IMG/VR virus record: IMGVR_UViG_3300023174_000191
Location: 1-58,423 of that record
Source of the DNA: a virus
Taxonomy: Duplodnaviria > Caudoviricetes
DNA length: 58,423 bases
Reading direction: 5' to 3' (one strand)
Shown here: piece by piece, positions 31,207 to 41,334 of the stretch
Numbering within the stretch: position 1 is the first letter of the stretch
Layout of the letters: each line of letters opens with the position of its first letter
Made by a program: the position numbers and the translations under genes
The notes under the pieces: generated by a model
What the model was told of the DNA's origin: nothing
Database searches by the model: none
The model's input: the letters and a program-made list of their open reading frames with translations, nothing else

Positions 31207-31949
31207 GGTGTTCCAAATATTTCATCAAAGGCAGATTTTAAATTTTCATTTGTAACCTGGTCTCCAATATTAGATAATTTTGATTTTACTTTTGGTTCTT
31301 GTTTAGAAGTTTCAGGAGCGTGATTAGTATTACCTTCAATTAAAGTAGCTAAATGATCAGCGTGATGTAACAATATAGGCATATCACAATTAAGTGAAAA
31401 TTCAGGAAGGCCTCCCATTAAATAAGATTCATTACCTTTTGAATATAAACCATCATGTAGTTTAATTGCTAAAAATTCATTTTCTGAAACGTCTATTCCA
31501 TACTCTTGAAGTAGAAATAAACTTCTATCTGGAACTTTCATAAAGGTTAATCTTCCATTGATTTTATATACTTGACCTCTTTTAACGTGCCAATCTGAAT
31601 CGTTAGGAATATAATAATCTTCTTTAGCATTTCCAATTTTACCTAAATCATGATTCAGTGCTGAAAATACTAGTTCTTCTTTTGTAAAATTACTTACGTT
31701 TGCGCCAGAAGCTTGCCAAGTTGAATATAATTCTAATGAACATTTTACTACTCTATTTACGTGATCAATATAACCTCCTGGAAAACAATTATGCCTTGTT
31801 GAATGTGATGAAGCAGGTGCAGTACAAATCTTCTCTGCTAAACCTTCATACATTTTAGTTAATTTTTCTTTTCTAGGACTTTGAATAAAAGTATCAATAG
31901 TATTCATTAACAAGTCCCATTGCTTTTCCGTATCTTCTATTTTGTGCAT
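31203..31949 (-). CDS. HD-domain hydrolase (YhaM-like)
   Basis: APASS...H...GG..DH, HDLGKIG, AI.LHDG, LHHAD. Confidence 0.85.
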   Translation of the reverse strand: MHKIEDTEKQWDLLMNTIDTFIQSPRKEKLTKMYEGLAEKICTAPASSHSTRHNCFPGGYIDHVNRVVKCSLELYSTWQASGANVSNFTKEELVFSALNHDLGKIGNAKEDYYIPNDSDWHVKRGQVYKINGRLTFMKVPDRSLFLLQEYGIDVSENEFLAIKLHDGLYSKGNESYLMGGLPEFSLNCDMPILLHHADHLATLIEGNTNHAPETSKQEPKVKSKLSNIGDQVTNENLKSAFDEIFGTP

Positions 31950-31958
31950 AACTTTAAA

Positions 31959-32594
31959 TTAAATTACTTCGTCAATTACTCCTAACTCTTTTGCTTTTGA
32001 TGCTGAAATATAAAAATCTTTTCTGCAAGACTTTCTCCAAAAATCTTCAGTTTGATTTGTTTTGTCAGCCATCATAGTATAGAAATCATTTTCTAATCCA
32101 TCTATATGATCTGCATTTGCTTTTATATCTGCAGACTTACCAAATATTTCAGCTGACGCTTCGTGAAGCATAATAGTAGTTAATTTAGATGCAATTCTTT
32201 TTCCAGTACCACATGCTAAAATCATTGCCGCTGCTGACATTGCTCTTCCTCTTGCTATAATATTAACAGGTACGGATATAGACTCAATATAATCAATTAT
32301 ACCTAAAGCTTCATATACATCTCCGCCATTGGAATTAATTAATAAATTTATTGGATCGTTAGCGTTTTCTTCAGGACGGTTCTTAAGAATAATTCTTACT
32401 TTAGATATAAAATCAAATAGTGAACCTAACATAATATCACCATGCATATAAATTACAGACTCATCTATATTTAATCCATAGTCAATCTCATTGAAAGTGT
32501 CATCTTCTTTTTTAGAATCTTCTAAATCAACAATTTTCTTTTTTGGTTTTATAGGAGCATCTTCATAGATGTCCATTTTTATTGTTTTTGTCAT
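31959..32594 (-). CDS. clpP: ClpP-like serine protease
   Basis: INSNGG.V, G.AMSAA (Ser), IMLHE (His), RKDFY (Asp), A.ELGVIDEV. Confidence 0.9.
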   Translation of the reverse strand: MTKTIKMDIYEDAPIKPKKKIVDLEDSKKEDDTFNEIDYGLNIDESVIYMHGDIMLGSLFDFISKVRIILKNRPEENANDPINLLINSNGGDVYEALGIIDYIESISVPVNIIARGRAMSAAAMILACGTGKRIASKLTTIMLHEASAEIFGKSADIKANADHIDGLENDFYTMMADKTNQTEDFWRKSCRKDFYISASKAKELGVIDEVI

Positions 32595-32647
32595 ATCGAT
32601 TTTTAATTTAAAGTAATATAAGGTTTTCTTTCGTAATTAAAAAGATA

Positions 32648-33172
32648 TTACATTAACTTTTTCAAAGCACGATTGGCTTTTGCTAAAGCTCTAGTTAATT
32701 CAGCTCGCTTACCTTTTCTAGTTTCAAGAATTAAATCTGATTTTAAACCTTTTATTTCTTTACCCAAAGCTAATAACTCAGCATCTTTTTCTTGCTTTGT
32801 TAATTTCTTTTTCTCTACTTTAGGTTCAATAATAGTAACTGGCAATGTGCCTTTTAAATCTGTTTGCTCAACTCCTTTATGAAATACAGTGCCGTCAGCT
32901 GCTACATAAAGTTTCATAAATTTCCATCCTTTAGGGTGACCTGATCTATTTACAGCTCCTCTTTCAACAGGCGGTTCAACATGTAAATTTACACATCTGT
33001 AACATAATACTGCAGTTGCTTTTTCAGAAACAATTACCCATTCTTTACATTCAGTTCCTTTCCACCACTTACCTCCAGGTACAGAATTTTGACAAATCAT
33101 TATTCTTTGATTGTCTTTAATCTTAGATTTGTACTTTGACTCTGCAACTTTTTTAATTGTTTTTGCTTTCAT
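32648..33172 (-). CDS. Hypothetical basic protein with Cys residues
   Basis: 174-aa ORF with C..C-like residues and a GHPKGW motif. Confidence 0.7.
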   Translation of the reverse strand: MKAKTIKKVAESKYKSKIKDNQRIMICQNSVPGGKWWKGTECKEWVIVSEKATAVLCYRCVNLHVEPPVERGAVNRSGHPKGWKFMKLYVAADGTVFHKGVEQTDLKGTLPVTIIEPKVEKKKLTKQEKDAELLALGKEIKGLKSDLILETRKGKRAELTRALAKANRALKKLM

Positions 33173-33185
33173 AACTTTTATTTAT

Positions 33186-34187
33186 TTAATAAATTTTTAC
33201 TCCGTACGATGCTCTATCTTGAGATTTTTTAGCCTCTACTTTTGCTGCTATTTTAGCCGCTTCTTCATCAATTATAGGCTCCTGGGGTTCAATATCCATT
33301 GGAATTGATTCGATTGGTTCTTGGGGTGTTTCTGATTGTATATCCTTCACTATAACAGCTAGTTCTTCATCAGTGAATATATCTAAATTATCTTCTTTAG
33401 ATTCATTTAATTGGTTATATGCAATTACCATACAAATAGCAAGTGGGTCAAACACAATCATAAATAAAATTATTAATATATTAACAACTTTATCCATTGG
33501 TACATTTAATACTTTTGAAATGTAAGTAAGTGAACCTAATTCTGATGATAGTTCATTTTTTAAACTAGACTGAGTAATTCCTAATTTTAATTTAGATGAC
33601 TCAGTGGAATATTTTACAATACTATCATTCAACTGAGCAATTTCTTTATTTAATATTTTAATTGACTTATCTGTATTTGAAGCTGACTTCTCTACTGATT
33701 TAAAAGATTTATTAGAGTTAATTAAATTTGATGCTCGCTGCTCTTGAGAATTTCTAATAGAAGATAAATTATTTAATTGATTAGTTTTACTTTCTAATTG
33801 TGATTGATATGATACTAATCCAGAGTCGAAATAAGATTTCTTAACACTTAAACTGTCAGTAATTGATTGCGTTAAATCATATTTAGATTTTGTTGTTTGG
33901 TACGCTCCAGATAAAAATCCATATATACCTATAGAAGTTATTATAGCTATAATTGTTACAGCAGAAACTAAATACACTCTCAATGTCTTATTAACAACTT
34001 TCCATTGTTGATAAAGATAAGATGCAATCACTAATTTTGAAATTTCCAAAGTAGATGCCATCGCTATTACTGCTATCATTGCGCCGGCAAATAATTTAGA
34101 TAGACCTATAATAGAAAAAAATGCCGCGCAAGCAGCTAATGCTAGCGCGACAACTCCAACTAATATTTTTAAAGCAGTTTTATTCAT
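33186..34187 (-). CDS. Multi-pass membrane protein with long coiled coil
   Basis: Three N-terminal TM helices, coiled coil, C-terminal TM with FDPLA. Confidence 0.75.
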   Translation of the reverse strand: MNKTALKILVGVVALALAACAAFFSIIGLSKLFAGAMIAVIAMASTLEISKLVIASYLYQQWKVVNKTLRVYLVSAVTIIAIITSIGIYGFLSGAYQTTKSKYDLTQSITDSLSVKKSYFDSGLVSYQSQLESKTNQLNNLSSIRNSQEQRASNLINSNKSFKSVEKSASNTDKSIKILNKEIAQLNDSIVKYSTESSKLKLGITQSSLKNELSSELGSLTYISKVLNVPMDKVVNILIILFMIVFDPLAICMVIAYNQLNESKEDNLDIFTDEELAVIVKDIQSETPQEPIESIPMDIEPQEPIIDEEAAKIAAKVEAKKSQDRASYGVKIY

Positions 34188-34359
34188 CAGATTCCAATCC
34201 TAATCGTTCAACAACTAAATCAATTTCTTTTCTAATGCTTTGAATTTGAATTATTGCATCAGCTCCAGAAATATCAGTATTTGAAATAGCTCTTTCTAAT
34301 GTAGTTAGTTTTGTGGATTGGGCTTCTAACTTTCTTAAAGTTTGTTCTTTGTAGCGCAT
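34180..34359 (-). CDS. Small helical protein not in the ORF track (59 aa, MRYKEQTLRKLE...)
   Basis: Manual translation; overlaps the start of the next gene; late-promoter motif upstream. Confidence 0.65.
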   Translation of the reverse strand: MRYKEQTLRKLEAQSTKLTTLERAISNTDISGADAIIQIQSIRKEIDLVVERLGLESDE

Positions 34360-34464
34360 GGCAAATTATAATTTATAGTTAATAAAAATTATTATAATAC
34401 TAGTATAATAATATAATAATAAATATTATAATATTAATAAAAGAAAATATAATTATGTAACTGT

Positions 34465-35397
34465 TTATGAAACAGCCTCTTTTTGCAAAGTATTTTTATG
34501 CAGTAATCGATAATTCAATAAAGCTAACTCTTTTGCTTTAGCTTCGATCATAATATCAATATCATTACCGTATGTATCAATATAGTCAGTAACGTAATCA
34601 GAATGCGCTCTAGGATTGAGCTTGTCATTGGATTCGTGTAACGATTTCGATTCAGAGTAATGTACTACAGGCTTAATATTCGACCAAGTCGACATAGCAA
34701 GCTCTAATGCTTCTTGTTCTGTCTGACCGCCATCGCAAAATCTATGATGATGATAGTCAAACACGATCGGTATTTTTGTTTTCATATGGATTAACTCATG
34801 TAAGTCTCGCACTGAATACATAGATGCTTTATCGTCATTTTCAATAGTTAAACGGGCTCGGACGCCCTCGGATAGCCTATAAAAGTTTTTACACCAAGTA
34901 TCAGCTGCTGTATACTTATCACCATAAGTTGCACCAACGTGAATATTAATTTTATTATAAGGAGTACGAGACAAACCCATTAAGTCAAATAACTTTGCAT
35001 GCATCTCTAAATCTAAAATAGTATTGAGTACTACTTCTTCACGCGGAGATGCAAGTAAATTAAAAGGACCTGGGTGAGTCGTTATACGCACACCATTGTC
35101 AGTAGCGTATTGACCACATCGGGCTAACACGGTACAAATTTCATTATAGTCTGGGAAAGTAGTTACGTCGACTTTATTGCCCCAAGGAAATAAATCACTA
35201 CCTAAACGAAAAAAGAAGATGTTATTATCTACATTCCATTTAAGAATAGTTTCTAAATCTAACGCATTTTGCAATGCTAATGCAGAAGCGTGTGCTACAC
35301 CTTTTTCTTCTAAAGTAGCTTTGCGCATAGCTCTACCGGTAAGAATACCTTTCTTACCTAGAGTCATATTAATACAAGCATAACCGATATTACCCAT
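34465..35397 (-). CDS. uvsE: UV-damage endonuclease (UvsE/UvdE)
   Basis: IGYACIN, FFRLGSDLFP, HPGPF.LLASP, IHVG, IENDDK, VFDYHHH, AHSDY, MIEAKAKE. Confidence 0.95.
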   Translation of the reverse strand: MGNIGYACINMTLGKKGILTGRAMRKATLEEKGVAHASALALQNALDLETILKWNVDNNIFFFRLGSDLFPWGNKVDVTTFPDYNEICTVLARCGQYATDNGVRITTHPGPFNLLASPREEVVLNTILDLEMHAKLFDLMGLSRTPYNKINIHVGATYGDKYTAADTWCKNFYRLSEGVRARLTIENDDKASMYSVRDLHELIHMKTKIPIVFDYHHHRFCDGGQTEQEALELAMSTWSNIKPVVHYSESKSLHESNDKLNPRAHSDYVTDYIDTYGNDIDIMIEAKAKELALLNYRLLHKNTLQKEAVS

Positions 35398-35434
35398 AAC
35401 TTATTATTTTTTATTTATTATTTTTTATTTAGTA

Positions 35435-35468
35435 TAAAGATAAGGCATTCATTCGTAATTACCTAATG
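35435..35468 (-). promoter_or_regulatory. Putative early/middle promoter (ATTAGG-N-CTTATCTTTA)
   Basis: Recurring two-box motif with a fixed 16-nt gap. Confidence 0.65.
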
Positions 35469-35472
35469 AATC

Positions 35473-35706
35473 TTATTTTATTTTTTTAGGTCTGCCTCTT
35501 TTAGGTAATTCGACCTGGTCGTCAATTTCAACTGCTTCTTCTATAGTTTGACAAAAATACATAATACCTTCTTTACGAATAGCAATATCCGCATTTAGCC
35601 ATTTTTTAATACCGTCGACATCTTTTACCCTAGATTCTGGATAATATCGTAATATTTGAAGTAAATTGTCATTGAAGCGCACCAAATGCGTTGAAGTTGG
35701 AATCAT
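35473..35706 (-). CDS. Hypothetical protein
   Basis: ORF ending in an AT-hook-like KRGRPKK. Confidence 0.65.
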   Translation of the reverse strand: MIPTSTHLVRFNDNLLQILRYYPESRVKDVDGIKKWLNADIAIRKEGIMYFCQTIEEAVEIDDQVELPKRGRPKKIK

Positions 35707-35709
35707 AAC

Positions 35710-36177
35710 TTAATTTTCTGAAATTCTACTTACCTTACCTAACATTGTATATACTTTACAATATTTTTGTTGATGAAATATTTTTCTTTGTGGTTTTGTT
35801 AAAGTCTGCTCTGATAATAAATAACCAGTTAATATCATTTGATTGACTGTATCTGCTATAAGTGCTAAAGACTCTGAATTGATAATAAGCTTATCATTTA
35901 AGAACATCATATTAACAGGAGCTTTTTCTGAAATAGAAGCGGCTACAATAGTTTGAAGTTTACTTTTAAATGCATCTACTATATCATCAAATTTATCAAG
36001 GTCAGGTTTAATTTCAGAAGTATCATAACGGTCTTCAGGGTCTTCATAATTTTCCGATCCAATACCATAAGATTCTTCACATATTAAATCATACATGAAC
36101 AGTAATCTTTCATCCTCTGGCAAACTGTCAAAGAATGAATAATCTGATTCTGATATTATATAGTCGTTAAAATTCAT
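35710..36177 (-). CDS. Hypothetical protein (likely start MNFNDY at 36177)
   Basis: This start minimises overlap with the upstream gene and lies just downstream of GATATTTAT at 36192-36200. Confidence 0.6.
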   Translation of the reverse strand: MNFNDYIISESDYSFFDSLPEDERLLFMYDLICEESYGIGSENYEDPEDRYDTSEIKPDLDKFDDIVDAFKSKLQTIVAASISEKAPVNMMFLNDKLIINSESLALIADTVNQMILTGYLLSEQTLTKPQRKIFHQQKYCKVYTMLGKVSRISEN

Positions 36178-36388
36178 ACGTTTTCCCTTTAATAAATATC
36201 TCATAAGATAGCCAAGCCGGGTCAGTTATGTGCTTTAATTTTGAAAATATTTCCGGATTATGGAAAAACATTCTCAACTGTCTTTGACGGTCTTCAGAAT
36301 CTTTAATAACATTAATTTCATTAAGTAATGTTATTTCAGATATAGATAGTAATTGTTGAATTAATTCAACTAGTTTTGTTTTAGACAT
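36167..36388 (-). CDS. Hypothetical protein
   Basis: Coupled ORF. Confidence 0.6.
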   Translation of the reverse strand: MSKTKLVELIQQLLSISEITLLNEINVIKDSEDRQRQLRMFFHNPEIFSKLKHITDPAWLSYEIFIKGKTYEF

Positions 36389-36752
36389 TTTTATAAAGAG
36401 TATTTAGATATGATGTAATCTCTGGTGTTAGAGCATAACCTTCTGCTACATATTTAATACATAGCAGAACAGTCATATACTCTTTGTCATTTGGATAATA
36501 TTTTGTTGAAATTTTATTTCGAACTTCATAAAGCTTATCCAATACTTTAATCTTTTTCTCTTCCGAATCATATCCGTTATAATCAAATTGGTTTGCAAAT
36601 TCTTGCTCAACTAACATTGAATTGACAGACTCACTTAAACTACTACTAGTAGCCATAGTTGGACTTTGTCCTTGAGTTATTTGTCTTAACTTATCCGCGG
36701 TGTCATGTTTAGACATTACGTGATTAATAAATGATTCAAAAGGAGCTGCCAT
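36381..36752 (-). CDS. Hypothetical protein
   Basis: Coupled ORF. Confidence 0.65.
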   Translation of the reverse strand: MAAPFESFINHVMSKHDTADKLRQITQGQSPTMATSSSLSESVNSMLVEQEFANQFDYNGYDSEEKKIKVLDKLYEVRNKISTKYYPNDKEYMTVLLCIKYVAEGYALTPEITSYLNTLYKNV

Positions 36753-37054
36753 TACTCTGCTACTTTAGCTTTTGGTTTTCTTTTATAAACCTTTTTCTTT
36801 TTAGTAGGAGCTACTGCAACTTCAGGAGTAGATGTAGTAACAGGAAATTCTGAAACTTGTTTTGTAGATGTAGCGTTTCTCAAATCTTTTACTAATTGAT
36901 CTCTCTTTTTAGTTAAAGCTTCTACATGTGCCTGAAGTGCTGTAACGATTGCTTTTTGATCTGCAATTTCTTGCTTAAATTTTTTGTCCATTCTATTATA
37001 AAAAATGGCACCTGCAGCTAATACAACTACAGTAATCACATAAACTAAAATCAT
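36752..37054 (-). CDS. Membrane-anchored coiled-coil protein with basic tail
   Basis: N-terminal TM helix, heptads, KKKK tail. Confidence 0.65.
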   Translation of the reverse strand: MILVYVITVVVLAAGAIFYNRMDKKFKQEIADQKAIVTALQAHVEALTKKRDQLVKDLRNATSTKQVSEFPVTTSTPEVAVAPTKKKKVYKRKPKAKVAE

Positions 37055-37059
37055 AATGT

Positions 37060-37857
37060 TTATTTTAAAATGTAAAATGTAGTATCACCTTCAAGGTAAT
37101 CGGTTCTGCATATAACTTTTTTATAAGTTAATTCCAAATAAGCTAACCAAGCGGCTGGCTCCCAAACAACTAATTGCTGTTTGTCTTCGTCTGCAATATC
37201 CTCAGGGATACTTGTTAATAAATTAAATGCTACACCGATCTTGGCTTTGTCATACATTTTTGCGACAACTGCCTGTGCATAATCTGCTGGGTCTTTGACT
37301 GCTATATTAAACAATCCTGAGCCCACCACCCAGTCATAATCCGCGCCAGCATCTATATCTAACACATCTAAAGTTTCAACAGATACTTCCGGATACTTTT
37401 GTTGTGCAATGCTAATGATGTTTGGATTATAATCAATTCCTTTGTACACTAAACCTTTTTCAGTTGCTTTAGTATATAAATCAGCACGACCACATCCAAC
37501 GTCTAAAATAGATAGACCTGGTGCTGACGCTAACCATAATGCGGCATCGAAAAGAGTTTCTTGTTCTTCTTTAGAAGACCAGCCTACAATTTCAGGAGCA
37601 TTAAGTAGCTCCCATTCACGAAGTTCACTCATTTGAGTTACTTCAGTTTCATTACTAATTGATTGATTTTCTTCTTCTGTATATTCTTGTTGATCAGTAT
37701 CTTGATCTAAGTTTGGAAATGAAATAGTTTCTTCAACTTCTTCATTATAATCAGGATATACAATTTCACTGTCGATAACTTCAATGTCTTCTACAGCTAC
37801 GTCATCGTCAGTCATAACTTCAGAATCAGTATTTTTTTTAAAAATGTTCTTAAACAT
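37060..37857 (-). CDS. Class I SAM-dependent methyltransferase with acidic N-terminal extension
   Basis: SILDVGCGRAD motif I, YKGIDY, YDWVVGSGLFN, GVAFNLL. Confidence 0.88.
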   Translation of the reverse strand: MFKNIFKKNTDSEVMTDDDVAVEDIEVIDSEIVYPDYNEEVEETISFPNLDQDTDQQEYTEEENQSISNETEVTQMSELREWELLNAPEIVGWSSKEEQETLFDAALWLASAPGLSILDVGCGRADLYTKATEKGLVYKGIDYNPNIISIAQQKYPEVSVETLDVLDIDAGADYDWVVGSGLFNIAVKDPADYAQAVVAKMYDKAKIGVAFNLLTSIPEDIADEDKQQLVVWEPAAWLAYLELTYKKVICRTDYLEGDTTFYILK

Positions 37858-37891
37858 AAAATGTAACTAATTGGTTATACAAATAAATATC

Positions 37892-38227
37892 CTAATCATT
37901 TGAATTTCGCGAATTAAATTCAGGTTTTAATTTTTTAGCAATTTTATCTGCCATATTTCTACCTTCAGATCGCATCGGATGAGTTCTATTCAAATTTTGT
38001 GATATTCTACATGATAGCTGAGCCGTTTCCCATGCTAATATTGGACTTGGTTGAGCAGGCATCAATTGCTCTTCTAAAACATCTACAACAGAAAAATCAT
38101 TTTTTTCTTGCACAATAGAATAATATCCCTTTCTAATTTGTGTTAAGAAAGCGCCTGGATATTGTTTATGTACTCTTCTTTTATATTTTTCTATTGTTTT
38201 AATCTCTTCTTTTGTGTAATTTATCAT
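37892..38227 (-). CDS. Hypothetical protein
   Basis: ORF on the coding strand. Confidence 0.65.
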   Translation of the reverse strand: MINYTKEEIKTIEKYKRRVHKQYPGAFLTQIRKGYYSIVQEKNDFSVVDVLEEQLMPAQPSPILAWETAQLSCRISQNLNRTHPMRSEGRNMADKIAKKLKPEFNSRNSND

Positions 38228-38311
38228 TCTGTATATCTTTTATCCTTGTAGCTTAGTTTAATTAATTTACGTAGGCGTTTGACGGCTTAACGTATGAAAA
38301 TACAGCCAGAA

Positions 38312-38839
38312 TTACCAGGCTGTATTACTACTATCTATTACAGGATCTTCTGCAATAGGAATATGTGAATTCTGTGACGGAGTTCGCTTATAATCTGTTA
38401 AGTATTTAAACTTATGAAATAAAGTGCTATAATCTAAATCAGACGGTACTTTACTTTCTTGAAATTTAAAGCCTAACGATTTTGACACTTGACCAATATT
38501 ATGAGCCACGGTAGAATCTAATTTAAACTCTTTAGATGCTTCAGCTAATTTTAAATTAGTTTCAATTAAAAATTGTGCAGAAGTTAAAGACATTTTACCT
38601 AATTTATCATCTATAGTCGTCACCCAAATTGTGTCATCAATACCTGGTCTAGACTCACTAACTTTTTCAGTGATAAATTTATTAAGTTGTTGCAATTTAT
38701 GATATAACATACTATTAACATTAAACTCAATAGTTTCGTTTGCAACTTCTAAAATTTGTCTAAACATTTCTGTCGATAATATCGAGCTTGTATTGCTATA
38801 ACTGTTATAAGCATCTGTAATTGTATTTTCTTCTTTCAT
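38312..38839 (-). CDS. Hypothetical protein
   Basis: ORF on the coding strand. Confidence 0.65.
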   Translation of the reverse strand: MKEENTITDAYNSYSNTSSILSTEMFRQILEVANETIEFNVNSMLYHKLQQLNKFITEKVSESRPGIDDTIWVTTIDDKLGKMSLTSAQFLIETNLKLAEASKEFKLDSTVAHNIGQVSKSLGFKFQESKVPSDLDYSTLFHKFKYLTDYKRTPSQNSHIPIAEDPVIDSSNTAW

Positions 38840-38845
38840 ATTTTA

Positions 38846-40159
38846 TTAATTAGATTCTTCCATATCAACAACTCCAGTATCTTTTACAATACCTTCTAAC
38901 ACTTTAAACTCAAAAGATTTATGTTTATAAACTTTCGGAGTCATACCAACGTTATCAATTCTAACACATACACCTTCTCTAATATGAGAATCGTCTAATT
39001 TAGAAGCTCCTTTTGAGGCTTCATCTACGACACAACCTAACATATTATAAACATCTCTGTCGTCTGAAGAATTAATCATTACTGCTACCATTTCTAAAGA
39101 AGTGACAAATAACTCTGGTACATACTTAACACCTATTTCATCACAACGCTTCTTAACGTCGTCCCAAGTTAAATCTACAGACTGTCCATCTTCATTTGTG
39201 TTAGTAATTCTATATACATACACTTCACATTCTTTTTCAGCACACCCATAAGAGTAAGACATTTGCTTACCATATAATTTAGTAAACTCTTTATCTCCCA
39301 TTTTAGTGGTATCAACTGAAGGCATTATAGAAGCTCCCGTAGATTCAAAACCTACAATTTCAAAATACACAGCTTCTCCTTTTCTTAAATTACCCTTGAA
39401 AAGATTGAATGCCTTTTCTCTAATAGTTGGGTCATGAAATTGAGTACCTTTAGTCTCTTCTAAAACAACTCTACGAGTACCATTTAGATATGCCCATTCT
39501 TTATCTTGAATATTAACACCTATAAACTTTGCAAATTTGTCTTTGAAAGAAAGAGGTCTATCAACTAAAACGTGAGCAACTCTACCTGAAGTACCATGAA
39601 GCTTTTCTGTAACTACTAACCTTTGACCTGCTCTGAAATCAGTTACATGTTTACCAAAGTGGTCGGTATCAAAATGTTCTTTAAACATAATTGAAGTTTT
39701 TGCTACTTTAATTTTCTTACCTTGATTCTCTCTAGCTAATTTCAAAGTGTTTGGGTTGATGTACTTTTCACAGATAGGAACGCCTTTCCATTCAGTAAAC
39801 TCAAAACCTTCAACGTCTAATCCAGTTACTTGAATAAAACCAAATTGATGAATCGGAACCCAAAATCCGTCAGATACTTCTCCTCTGAATTTTTGTGTTC
39901 TAACTCTTCGGTTCTCGTCAAACATACCTGGCTTATCGTTTGGAAATTTATTCATCTCTGACTTACGATACAAGTTGTTAGCAAAACAAAATTCATGAGA
40001 AAGTTGACCGTCTGTCGGAAAATAAACTCCTAAAGCATCTTCATTGTTGTCTAATCCTACTACTACTTGGTTACCATGACAAGTAGCTAATTGCACTTTA
40101 TCGGCATTAGGATGAGGTCTTACGTTTTTTAATTTGGTAACGATTGCTGCATACGCCAT
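38846..40159 (-). CDS. RNA ligase (DRB0094/Rnl2-like) with N-terminal OB-like domain
   Basis: PHPNAD.. N-terminus, K.RG..S.G, motif I TEKLHGTS, FEIVG, REGVCVR, YKHKS. Confidence 0.88.
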   Translation of the reverse strand: MAYAAIVTKLKNVRPHPNADKVQLATCHGNQVVVGLDNNEDALGVYFPTDGQLSHEFCFANNLYRKSEMNKFPNDKPGMFDENRRVRTQKFRGEVSDGFWVPIHQFGFIQVTGLDVEGFEFTEWKGVPICEKYINPNTLKLARENQGKKIKVAKTSIMFKEHFDTDHFGKHVTDFRAGQRLVVTEKLHGTSGRVAHVLVDRPLSFKDKFAKFIGVNIQDKEWAYLNGTRRVVLEETKGTQFHDPTIREKAFNLFKGNLRKGEAVYFEIVGFESTGASIMPSVDTTKMGDKEFTKLYGKQMSYSYGCAEKECEVYVYRITNTNEDGQSVDLTWDDVKKRCDEIGVKYVPELFVTSLEMVAVMINSSDDRDVYNMLGCVVDEASKGASKLDDSHIREGVCVRIDNVGMTPKVYKHKSFEFKVLEGIVKDTGVVDMEESN

Positions 40160-40362
40160 TATAATTCTATTTTTAATTCTTGATTTTTCGTTTTACCTAA
40201 AAGGAAATCTTCTTGCTCCATAGCATCTAGAGCCATCTTTCTTTGATCAGCTTTTAATTTACTAATAAAAGTACCTACAATTACTTTACCTTGCTTAATA
40301 GCCCAACACGCACCAAATTTTTCGTGCTGCATTGGGACTACTCTATAACTTGACTTTTTCAT
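40159..40362 (-). CDS. Hypothetical protein
   Basis: Coupled small ORF. Confidence 0.6.
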   Translation of the reverse strand: MKKSSYRVVPMQHEKFGACWAIKQGKVIVGTFISKLKADQRKMALDAMEQEDFLLGKTKNQELKIEL

Positions 40363-40604
40363 TATTTAGAATTTTTTACTACATCTCTTTTATTTACAAA
40401 CTTCACAGCACCTAAGGTGTTCTTGGTAGAGATTCTTGTTCCTAAATCAAATAAATCTTTATAATTGAATTCATAGCTTACATCAACTACTCTGGTAATC
40501 TCACCATCTGCATAATAATGTAACTGTTCTTTTTCTAAAACTATTGCGAATTTACCAAAACTAATGGTATTTGTCTGGCCTGGTTGAATTGATTGAGCTT
40601 TCAT
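40362..40604 (-). CDS. Hypothetical protein
   Basis: Coupled small ORF. Confidence 0.6.
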   Translation of the reverse strand: MKAQSIQPGQTNTISFGKFAIVLEKEQLHYYADGEITRVVDVSYEFNYKDLFDLGTRISTKNTLGAVKFVNKRDVVKNSK

Positions 40605-40629
40605 ATTTTTATGATTTATTTGGGTTTAA

Positions 40630-40827
40630 TTACTTTACTGAAAATCTTTTTGAAGTCTTACCGTCGACACATTTATAATTAGCTTCAACTAATTCTGTTC
40701 TAATTTCGGCTACTTTACAGTCTGACATTTTCCAACCTAGATTTTTTACATCTACAATCAATTTACCTGGAGTGGTTCTAATCTGATTATACTTTGCCAA
40801 TTTCGAATTCGTTACTTGTAAATACAT
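40630..40827 (-). CDS. Hypothetical protein
   Basis: Small ORF directly downstream of a promoter motif. Confidence 0.6.
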   Translation of the reverse strand: MYLQVTNSKLAKYNQIRTTPGKLIVDVKNLGWKMSDCKVAEIRTELVEANYKCVDGKTSKRFSVK

Positions 40828-40870
40828 AATTTTTAATTTTTAAATTTTTATTATTTCTAATTTCTATATA

Positions 40871-40904
40871 TAAAGATAAGGATAATATTTCTTATGTCCT
40901 AATC
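40871..40904 (-). promoter_or_regulatory. Putative early promoter GATTAGGA-N16-CTTATCTTTA
   Basis: Exact two-box consensus. Confidence 0.7.
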
Positions 40905-40913
40905 TTTTTCAAT

Positions 40914-41120
40914 TTATTTTTCAACAATTCCTAAAATTCTTTCTCGGTAAATTCTAGTCAATTCTGCTTCCTCAACTTCTACATCGGTATTAGGATACAG
41001 GTTAATTAACGTTTTCACAAAATGAATTCGATTTTCTGCCATTTCAGGATTGAAACTCATTTCAAAAGCGGCATCACTTAAATGACTTTGGATAGCGATT
41101 GATAATCTTAATGTTCTCAT
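40914..41120 (-). CDS. Hypothetical protein
   Basis: Small ORF with its own promoter motif. Confidence 0.6.
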   Translation of the reverse strand: MRTLRLSIAIQSHLSDAAFEMSFNPEMAENRIHFVKTLINLYPNTDVEVEEAELTRIYRERILGIVEK

Positions 41121-41148
41121 AAATTGTCTATTTTTTAATTTCTATACA

Positions 41149-41182
41149 TAAAGATAAGGATAATTTAATTAACGTCCTAATC
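41149..41182 (-). promoter_or_regulatory. Putative early promoter GATTAGGA-N16-CTTATCTTTA
   Basis: Exact two-box consensus. Confidence 0.7.
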
Positions 41183-41240
41183 ATTTCCAAAGTATTTTTC
41201 AGTAGAAATGCACTGAATTTCTTCAATGCATTTTACTTAT

Positions 41241-41313
41241 TGGTAGCGGTCGCCGGATTCGAACCGAACTTTAGGGTTATGAGCCCTTCGTGCTACCTTT
41301 ACACTACCCCGCG
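41241..41313 (-). tRNA. tRNA-Met(CAT), initiator-like, CCA encoded
   Basis: CGCGGGG 5' end, three G-C pairs in the anticodon stem AGGG-CTCATAA-CCCT, GGTTCGAATCC, 3' ACCA. Confidence 0.85.
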
Positions 41314-41334
41314 GTATATTGGTAATAATTATGT

